IMG/VR virus record: IMGVR_UViG_3300013131_000024
Span: 32,001 to 96,000 of that record
DNA length: 64,000 nucleotides
Direction: 5' to 3' (one strand)
Source of the DNA: a virus
Position numbers and translations under genes: made by a program. The notes under the pieces were generated by a model. That model did no database searches. It was not told the origin of the DNA and saw nothing but the letters and a program-made list of their open reading frames with translations. Below are positions 57,007 to 64,000 of this stretch, in pieces. How positions within the stretch are numbered: the stretch's first letter is position 1; every line of letters begins with the position of its first letter.

Positions 57007-58191
57007 ATGGCTAAGTCTGCAATTAAGACTCGTGTTTCCAAAAAACACGTAGCAGAACATCGATCAAATTCTAAACGAGATCTTAGTCCAAAATGGGATG
57101 GACATGAAACGATGTCCACCGACGATTTTTATATGCACTTTCGTCGTTCTATGAATTACTATCGAGTAGAGTTCAGTGGACGCGATCTCAAACCGAAAGT
57201 CATTAATTGGATGGGTGCTAACGGTTATACCAAAGACCAAATCAAAGCATTTAAAGATACCAAAGACTTTCGCTGTAATGGAACTATGGGCGCGATCGCA
57301 GCTAATCTTTTGCGTGGAATGCCTGTCGTTCGTAAAGATTTTAACGAAGGTCGTAGCACTGAAAAATGGCTTCGTGAATCAATTGACAAAATTATATTAG
57401 AAGGCAAAGACGATTACGAGCCCGAAGTAGTTGAAGATAAAGCTGCCGTTCCTGTAATGTCGATCCAGGATCGAGTCCGTGAAGCCACCTTTGCAATGAC
57501 TGAAGAACTAGAAGAAACTATTGAGTCATTCAGCCAAGATCCGGAAGCATTTGATCCTAAATCGTTCAAAGTTCTTAATCTCCTGCGAGGGAAACAGACC
57601 AAAGCTGCTCACGCTCGTATTATCAAAGATTACTACCAACGACAATATAATGAATATATTGAGCTACAAGAAGGTAAATGCGAACAGCTCAAAGAAGCTT
57701 ATCGTCATCTAAGCAAGGCTCAGATAAAGAAAATCGTAGCGTTTTATCAAGAAATCCTCTCAGCCTGCGATATGCTGATGCAGGAAGCTAAGGTCAATCG
57801 TAAGCCTCGTGCTAAAAAGTCTAAACCTGTTGAGAAGATCGTTGAAAAACTAAAGTATCTTAAACAAGATGATAAACTTAAACTTGTTTCTATCAATCCA
57901 ACTGATATCGTAGGCTGTAAAGAATTATGGGTTTTTAATATTAAAACACGTAAATTAGGTAGATATTCTGCATCAGAGTTTGGAGAAATAAGTATTAAAG
58001 GAACATCCATCACTGGCTTTGATGATATCCGATCTGTACAAAAGACTTTGCGTAAACCGGAAGATCAGTTAAAAGAATTTAAAAATGCCGGTAAAGTAGC
58101 ATTGCGGAAGTTCTTAGAAGATATTAAAGCTGTAGATATCAAACTAAATGGACGTATTAATGAAGATACAATACTGTTAAAAACTCAGTAA
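57007..58191 (+). CDS. Hypothetical early phage protein
   Basis: TTGACA-17-TATAAT promoter, AGGAG RBS, followed by terminator. Confidence 0.8.
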   Translation: MAKSAIKTRVSKKHVAEHRSNSKRDLSPKWDGHETMSTDDFYMHFRRSMNYYRVEFSGRDLKPKVINWMGANGYTKDQIKAFKDTKDFRCNGTMGAIAANLLRGMPVVRKDFNEGRSTEKWLRESIDKIILEGKDDYEPEVVEDKAAVPVMSIQDRVREATFAMTEELEETIESFSQDPEAFDPKSFKVLNLLRGKQTKAAHARIIKDYYQRQYNEYIELQEGKCEQLKEAYRHLSKAQIKKIVAFYQEILSACDMLMQEAKVNRKPRAKKSKPVEKIVEKLKYLKQDDKLKLVSINPTDIVGCKELWVFNIKTRKLGRYSASEFGEISIKGTSITGFDDIRSVQKTLRKPEDQLKEFKNAGKVALRKFLEDIKAVDIKLNGRINEDTILLKTQ

Positions 58192-58209
58192 ATAGTAAAG
58201 TAGATCCTA

Positions 58210-58235
58210 AAAAGCGGGCTACGGCCCGCTTTTTT
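58210..58235 (+). terminator. Intrinsic terminator
   Basis: aaaagcgggc-tacg-gcccgctttttt. Confidence 0.9.
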
Positions 58236-58257
58236 ATTGGCAGATAAATATAATACT

Positions 58258-59358
58258 ATGAGCAATAATCACATCGATCGAGCATTAGCAGCGTTAGGCG
58301 ACGCTATAAAAGCGATAGAATCTAACACCGTTATAGATTATAAAGAACTTTCTAGAAAATTTCCATTGAAATCTCTAAGTGGAGATCATATAGTTGGAGG
58401 TAAAATCCAGAACTTTTCTAGTTCAGGTATTACAGATAATTCAAATAAAACACAACTTACTATTAATAATGATGGTGTTCATATTGCTACACTAACTGTA
58501 GATAAAATAGATAATCTAAGTGTAAGCGGCACTCTAAAAACAAAGATATTAGAAGTTGATGAAATCAAAGCAGATATAAAATTTGAGAAAAATGTTCCTA
58601 TAGTATTCTCGGCCGATGATTTAGATGGTAAAGGTTTGCTTTGGGCTGGCAAGGGATTTACAAAACAATTTGTATTTTCATCTAACCCTGACAGATTTTT
58701 TATGTCAGAAAATTTAGAATTTGCCAAAGGCAAAAGCATCACAGTTAATAATGTTAAATTAATAGATGAAAAATCAATAGGTCCTAGTATAACCAAAAGT
58801 AATTTGCAAGAATTAGGAAGATTAAAAGGTTTAATCGTTGATGGCTCTATGGTTATAGATCAATACATAGTTTATAGCAGTGATACAAATAGATTAGGAT
58901 TAGGTATAGAAGAACCTAATAGTGCTCTTAGTGTTGCTGAAGACGGTATAGAAATAGTCATAGGCACTAGAGATCATGTAAAAGGATATGTAGGTACATA
59001 TGCGAGCAACGATTTTGATATCGTTACAGATAACACATCCAGATTATCTATAACTTCGGGCGGTAATATTACTTTAGGCAACCCTAAAATTGCTCCTGTA
59101 AAAGTTTCAGTTCATGGAAGACTATCAGTTAGAGTATCTACTCCGGATCCAGAAGTTGATTTACATGTGAATGGGTCTGTAAAATTCAATAACAAATTAC
59201 AAACCGTAGGTAATCATTCCCCTACAGCTGGATCATACAATCCGGGAGACATAGTTTGGAATTCAGATCCAAAAATAAATCAATATGTTGGTTGGATATG
59301 TGTACAAGCTGGTAGTCCAGGAATATGGGAACCATTTGGAAAAATTGGAAATTCTTAA
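58258..59358 (+). CDS. Virion/fibre-like beta-rich protein (paralog A)
   Basis: RLGLG...P...L-x-V and GDIVWN...GWIC...G-x-W; TAAATA upstream. Confidence 0.6.
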   Translation: MSNNHIDRALAALGDAIKAIESNTVIDYKELSRKFPLKSLSGDHIVGGKIQNFSSSGITDNSNKTQLTINNDGVHIATLTVDKIDNLSVSGTLKTKILEVDEIKADIKFEKNVPIVFSADDLDGKGLLWAGKGFTKQFVFSSNPDRFFMSENLEFAKGKSITVNNVKLIDEKSIGPSITKSNLQELGRLKGLIVDGSMVIDQYIVYSSDTNRLGLGIEEPNSALSVAEDGIEIVIGTRDHVKGYVGTYASNDFDIVTDNTSRLSITSGGNITLGNPKIAPVKVSVHGRLSVRVSTPDPEVDLHVNGSVKFNNKLQTVGNHSPTAGSYNPGDIVWNSDPKINQYVGWICVQAGSPGIWEPFGKIGNS

Positions 59359-59360
59359 TT

Positions 59361-60203
59361 ATGACAGACAAAGCAAAACTAGAAACGTTGGCCAATCTTC
59401 TTAAAGAAATATTATCAGAGGGTCAAACTATAGATTCTGCAGAATTTCCTTACGTTATTATCAAAGGAGATATTGAGGGCAAGGGTATTCTATGGTCTGG
59501 ACAAGGACATAACAAGCAATTTATTTTTGCAAATGACCCGGATAGATTCTTCATATCTGAAAATATTGATTTAAACAAAGGTAAATGTATATCTATCAAT
59601 AACATTAAACTCATAGACGAAAAAGAATTAGGATCATCAATAACTAAAAGTAATTTACGAGAAGTTGGTAGACTTAAAGGTCTGATTGTAGACGGAGGTT
59701 TGAGCGTTAATCAATATCTTGTTTACGATGCCAATACAGATAGATTAGGTATAGGCACTGATCAACCAAAAGCATCTCTAAGTATAGTAGATCAAAATAT
59801 AGAATTATTATTGGGTTCGTCTGAACCCAATGTAGCAGTAATAGGATCATATAATTTTGTAGATTTAGATCTTGTCACTGATAATACTCCTAGAATCAAA
59901 ATCCAAGCAGGCGGAAATATAGTTTTAGGAAATGCATCGGCCGGTGATATAAAAGTTACGGTGCTAGGAAAACTAGGTGTAAATGTATCTAATCCCGATC
60001 CACGAAGTGCATTACATGTTAATGGTGCTATTAAATTTAATGACAAATTGCATCTAAATGGTAGAGAACCGCCTACGAGTGGTGCATTTAATGAGGGAGA
60101 TATTGTTTGGAACACTGATCCGCAACCAAACAAGTTCGTTGGTTGGGTATGTACTAAATCTGGAAATCCTGGTTTGTGGAATGGATTCGGAAGAATTGAA
60201 TAA
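59361..60203 (+). CDS. Virion/fibre-like beta-rich protein (paralog B)
   Basis: Strongly similar to 58258-59358. Confidence 0.6.
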   Translation: MTDKAKLETLANLLKEILSEGQTIDSAEFPYVIIKGDIEGKGILWSGQGHNKQFIFANDPDRFFISENIDLNKGKCISINNIKLIDEKELGSSITKSNLREVGRLKGLIVDGGLSVNQYLVYDANTDRLGIGTDQPKASLSIVDQNIELLLGSSEPNVAVIGSYNFVDLDLVTDNTPRIKIQAGGNIVLGNASAGDIKVTVLGKLGVNVSNPDPRSALHVNGAIKFNDKLHLNGREPPTSGAFNEGDIVWNTDPQPNKFVGWVCTKSGNPGLWNGFGRIE

Positions 60204-60796
60204 TGCAGCATGTGTTGGTAGTAGGAAACGGAGAAAGTAGAAAAAATCTAAATATAAAAAACTTTACTCAAGACACCATAATAGGTTGCAATGCTTTACA
60301 TAGAGACATAATTGTCGACCATTTAGTATGCTGCGATAGAAGAATGGTAGCAGAAGCTTTAGAAAATCCTCAAACAAAAAATACCAAAATATATGTAAGA
60401 CACCATTGGTATCATTTTTTTAGAAAAATACAGAAGAATAAAAATATCAATCATCTTCCGCAAATACCGTATCAAGGAGAATATAAAAGAGATGATCCCG
60501 AACATTGGGGTAGTGGACCTTATGCAGTTCTGCTGGCTGCAACATTAGGGTTCCCAAATATCGAAATGATAGGATTTGATTTATATTCTATAGATCATTC
60601 TGTGAATAACATATACAAAAATAGTTCTAATTATTCTAGAGAAAATTCACAACCTGTCGATCCTTGTTATTGGATATATCAAATATCGCAGATTTTTAAA
60701 TATTATCCGGATTCGAAATTCATATTACGAAACCACTCGGCCTGGCAAATGCCGAAAGAATGGATAAAAAATAACGTAGAGTTTATTGCGTTATAA
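60203..60796 (+). CDS. Rossmann-like protein (VVGNGES; sialyltransferase/Maf-like)
   Basis: GNGxS, IGCN, SG-x2-A, GFD motifs. Confidence 0.55.
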   Translation: MQHVLVVGNGESRKNLNIKNFTQDTIIGCNALHRDIIVDHLVCCDRRMVAEALENPQTKNTKIYVRHHWYHFFRKIQKNKNINHLPQIPYQGEYKRDDPEHWGSGPYAVLLAATLGFPNIEMIGFDLYSIDHSVNNIYKNSSNYSRENSQPVDPCYWIYQISQIFKYYPDSKFILRNHSAWQMPKEWIKNNVEFIAL

Positions 60797-60822
60797 ATAT
60801 TCTAGTAGTATAATATCTACAT

Positions 60823-60870
60823 AGAGGCCTTAAATGACGCTCACCCCTCTCTAAATACTCTGCGTGTCAT
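60823..60870 (+). promoter_or_regulatory. Candidate preQ1-riboswitch-like pseudoknot in the queD leader
   Basis: AGAGG/CCTCT stem; loop ATGAC pairs GTCAT (60866-60870); promoter TTGCGT-17-TATAAT ends at 60814. Confidence 0.4.
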
Positions 60871-60905
60871 CAAACTTACTCGCTTATTTGTACAGGAGGC
60901 AAGAG

Positions 60906-61433
60906 ATGGCGAAATTCTATTCAACAAAAACTTACGGTAACGACAGAGGATTGTCCTGCTGTTTTAGGCAGTGGCGTGCCACACATAGCCATTGTTCAAC
61001 CTTACATGGTTATTCGATCGGAATCAAACTGATTTTTGAGTGTGATACACTAGATGATAAAAACTGGTGTATGGACTTTGGCGGTCTCAAAGAATTCAAA
61101 GCATGGGCCGATCATATGTTCGATCATACTTTGGTCATAGCAGAAGATGATCCAATGCTGGATCGATTCAAAGCAATGAGCGGTTGGAGTTCAAACCCAG
61201 AACATGACAACAATCCAGAACGTGTACAGATAGAACCATATCGCAGATCGGGTGTCTGTGATCTACGTATTGTTCCGGGAGTGGGCTGTGAGATGTTTGC
61301 TAAGATGTGTTTTGACAAAATGGCAGAACTACTAGCATCAGGAAATATGCGTTATCCGATCAATCCCAGTGTGCGTATTAAATCTGTGGAAGTGTTTGAA
61401 CATGGTGCTAACTCAGCAATATATGAAGGATAA
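60906..61433 (+). CDS. queD: 6-carboxy-5,6,7,8-tetrahydropterin synthase (QueD/PTPS family)
   Basis: HCSTLHGY, MDFGGLK, FDH, VEVFE; GGAGG RBS. Confidence 0.85.
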   Translation: MAKFYSTKTYGNDRGLSCCFRQWRATHSHCSTLHGYSIGIKLIFECDTLDDKNWCMDFGGLKEFKAWADHMFDHTLVIAEDDPMLDRFKAMSGWSSNPEHDNNPERVQIEPYRRSGVCDLRIVPGVGCEMFAKMCFDKMAELLASGNMRYPINPSVRIKSVEVFEHGANSAIYEG

Positions 61434-61454
61434 TATGTACTCATAAATAATTCT

Positions 61455-62285
61455 ATGCGTACATTTAATATCAATCAAATTAAGGTCAGCAATGAGAATA
61501 AATTTTTTCTCATTGCTGGTCCATGTCAAATAGAATCTCTAGATCATGCTCACGAAACTGCTGGTCAAATAAAAGAAATCTGCGATATACTAGATATAGA
61601 TTTAATTTACAAAAGTAGTTTTGACAAGGCAAATAGATCTAGTATCAATACTAAGAGAGGATGTGGTCTTGAAAAAGGACTTAAAATTCTATCTAGTATC
61701 AAGCAATCTATAGGGGTGCCCGTACTTACAGATATTCACGAAACATGGCAGGCCGAATTGGTTGCCAGTGCAGGTATAGATGTTTTGCAGATTCCCGCAT
61801 TTCTCTGCAGACAAACAGATTTATTATTAGCGGCCGGTGCCACAGGCAAAGCGGTCAATGTTAAGAAAGGACAATTCTTAGCACCTCACGATATGAAAAA
61901 TGTCGCAGAAAAAATTGCATCCACAGGCAACGAACGTGTGATGCTCTGTGAAAGAGGATATACTCATGGATACAATAATCTTGTGGTCGACATGCGTAGT
62001 CTACCTATTATGGCACGCTCTGGTTATCCCGTGGTCTTTGATGCAACACATTCTGTGCAGCAACCTGGAGGTATGGGAACAACGTCAGGTGGAGATCGCG
62101 AAATGGTGCCCTACTTGGCGAGAGCTGCTGTAGCCACAGGCTGTGTAGCCGGAATATTTATGGAAGTCCATGAAGACCCCGATTCAGCTCCCAGCGATGG
62201 ACCTAATATGATTAAAATTAACAACCTTAGATCCGTTTTAGAAGATTTGGTAGCTATAGATGGAATTGTCAAAAGAAGAACGTAA
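61455..62285 (+). CDS. kdsA: KDO 8-phosphate synthase
   Basis: [42 protein letters not shown]. Confidence 0.95.
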   Translation: MRTFNINQIKVSNENKFFLIAGPCQIESLDHAHETAGQIKEICDILDIDLIYKSSFDKANRSSINTKRGCGLEKGLKILSSIKQSIGVPVLTDIHETWQAELVASAGIDVLQIPAFLCRQTDLLLAAGATGKAVNVKKGQFLAPHDMKNVAEKIASTGNERVMLCERGYTHGYNNLVVDMRSLPIMARSGYPVVFDATHSVQQPGGMGTTSGGDREMVPYLARAAVATGCVAGIFMEVHEDPDSAPSDGPNMIKINNLRSVLEDLVAIDGIVKRRT

Positions 62286-63054
62286 GCGTCTCAAACAAGA
62301 GGCCAAAGCCGCTAAATTAAATCGTTTGGCGGAAAGGGAAACAAATCCCATTGCCGGAAACTTAACGGTACTGTGTGTTAGATTTGGTCAAAAATATGGA
62401 AGAGAATATGTAGAAAAGTTAAGGAATATGGTAGACAGACATCTTACTATTCCTTATGAATTTGTTTGCTTAACAGACGACCAGCATTCTATTTCGGGAG
62501 TTAGAAGCATACATCAAGCCAATGCCAATTATCAAAAAGGTTGGTGGCACAAGGTACATATGTTTGATCCAAAATTACCATTGTCAGGAAGAATTTTGTA
62601 TTTTGATCTCGATGTAGTCATTCATAACAACATAGATAAACTTGCTTCATTTCAAATAGATCATTTTATAGGTATACATGATTTTAATAGAAAATTTCAT
62701 CCCACGTGGAAGTATTTGAATAGTTCTGTGTTAGCATGGACTCATGGTACACAGAATCATATATACGATCAATTTAAAGAAAAGCCAACAGAAGCTATGC
62801 GAATGCAGGGAGATCAAGATTGGATATGGAAGCTATCTGCAAATCGAATAAAGTTTTGGCCTAGAGAATGGATTCAAAGTTATAAATGGGAAATTCGCAG
62901 TCGAGAAGAATTACATCTAATAAACGGAAAAAGACAATTCAAAGAAGTAAAAGACAAAGTAAATGTGCCTACAGATTGTTCGGTGATCGTTTTTCATGGT
63001 GAACCAAATCCTTGCGAAGTTAAGGACAAATTTGTCATTGACAATTGGTGCTAA
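62260..63054 (+). CDS. GT-A fold glycosyltransferase-like protein
   Basis: GWWHK, YFDLDV, NSSV, GDQD, FHG-x-P. Confidence 0.8.
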   Translation: MELSKEERKRLKQEAKAAKLNRLAERETNPIAGNLTVLCVRFGQKYGREYVEKLRNMVDRHLTIPYEFVCLTDDQHSISGVRSIHQANANYQKGWWHKVHMFDPKLPLSGRILYFDLDVVIHNNIDKLASFQIDHFIGIHDFNRKFHPTWKYLNSSVLAWTHGTQNHIYDQFKEKPTEAMRMQGDQDWIWKLSANRIKFWPREWIQSYKWEIRSREELHLINGKRQFKEVKDKVNVPTDCSVIVFHGEPNPCEVKDKFVIDNWC

Positions 63055-63072
63055 TTCTTGTATAATAAAAGT

Positions 63073-64000
63073 ATGACTAAACGTATAGGCTTCGCTTGCA
63101 AATGGATCGACCGTCCCGATCAGGTCGATGGGATTAAATCCAAAGACGACTGTAAAAAATACAATACAGGTTCTACTACCGTAGCTTGGTTAAATAGACA
63201 GACTAAGGAAGTGGCCGTAGAAAAGCTCTGGACATTAATGGAGCAAAATATCGAATCGTGCCGCTTACTTGTAGAACGAGTAGGAGCATTAGATGAAAAT
63301 CTTAGAATGGTACGACTCAGTAGCGATATTCTTCCTGTATACACTGAGCCTAATTGGAGCTGGTTTTGGAGGACTGCTGACGTCAGAGCTGAAGCAGAAA
63401 AAAGATTTAGACAAGTCGGAGGTTTGGCTCGCTCGCGTAATGTTCGGCTCAGTTTTCATCCTGGGCAGTTTTGCGTGTTGGCATCTGATAACCCTGATAT
63501 TGTCAACAGAAGTATAGAGGAATTTGAATATCATGTGGACATGGCTCGCTGGATGGGATATGGTCAAACGTTTCAAGACTTTAAGATCAATGTTCACATC
63601 GCAGGCAGACAAGGCCCAATGGGAATCGTTGCTGCGCTGGCTCGCATGACTCCCGAAGCCCGCAACACATTAACCATCGAGAACGACGAAATTTCATGGG
63701 GCACTGATGCTAGTCTGGAACTGATAGAGCACTGTGCTCTGGTATTAGACATACACCATCATTGGATACACACAGGAGAATATATTGAAGCGACTGATGA
63801 CCGTGTTAAAAGGATTATTGACAGTTGGCGCGGTGTGCGTCCTGTCATACATTATAGTGTTTCACGGAAAGAGCATCTTACTAATCATTCCGGATACCAA
63901 CGCCCCGATCTTCGGACGCTATTAGAAAGCGGACACAAAAAAGCAAAACTCAGAGCACATTCTAATTACTACTGGAACACAGCAGTGAATGAATGGGCAC
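63073..64000 (+). CDS. uvsE: UV-damage endonuclease (3'-truncated by the window edge)
   Basis: Read manually: RIGFAC, RLSSD, SFHPGQF, NVH, IENDE, LDIHHH; absent from ORF track because there is no stop in the window. Confidence 0.9.
   Translation, partial: MTKRIGFACKWIDRPDQVDGIKSKDDCKKYNTGSTTVAWLNRQTKEVAVEKLWTLMEQNIESCRLLVERVGALDENLRMVRLSSDILPVYTEPNWSWFWRTADVRAEAEKRFRQVGGLARSRNVRLSFHPGQFCVLASDNPDIVNRSIEEFEYHVDMARWMGYGQTFQDFKINVHIAGRQGPMGIVAALARMTPEARNTLTIENDEISWGTDASLELIEHCALVLDIHHHWIHTGEYIEATDDRVKRIIDSWRGVRPVIHYSVSRKEHLTNHSGYQRPDLRTLLESGHKKAKLRAHSNYYWNTAVNEWA

Noticed and set aside
63120-63612. ORF-track entries at the right end
   Set aside because: They overlap the real, stop-less uvsE frame starting at 63073.
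1-64000. Stop-codon reassignment, as in some large phages
   Set aside because: Long genes are intact in code 11, TAA, TGA and TAG all end genes, and I found no suppressor tRNA.

Overview
Segment of a large, AT-rich lytic phage genome, probably a T4-like or jumbo myovirus of a Gram-negative host. It uses the standard genetic code, and I saw no rRNA or CRISPR array. Layout: (1) 1-8.4 kb holds a phage bilin reductase (PcyX-like) and a block of secreted/membrane proteins ending in a D-Ala-D-Ala peptidase. (2) 8.5-16.5 kb holds small early genes, including two tandem mini-protein families and ClpP. (3) 16.5-24.8 kb is an array of 30 tRNAs covering all 20 amino acids, with two homing endonucleases, tRNA remnants and several candidate structured RNAs. 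(4) 27-52.8 kb is a tail-fibre-like gene followed by a 24-kb modification-enzyme island: 10 radical SAM, about 8 2OG-Fe(II)-type, 2 QueC-like, plus kinase-, SGNH-, GNAT- and methyltransferase-like genes. (5) 52.8-64 kb holds an orphan tRNA-like RNA, Hc1-like protein, ThyX, structural-like paralogs, QueD, KdsA, a glycosyltransferase and UvsE. The best candidate for a new system is at 16601-16883, just upstream of the tRNA array. A 46-codon leader ORF uses all 20 amino acids and 34 different codons, and it overlaps mutually exclusive antiterminator/terminator hairpins. This looks like a ribosome-coupled attenuator that could sense loss of almost any tRNA. All structures were paired by eye, all family assignments come from motifs, and no searches were run.
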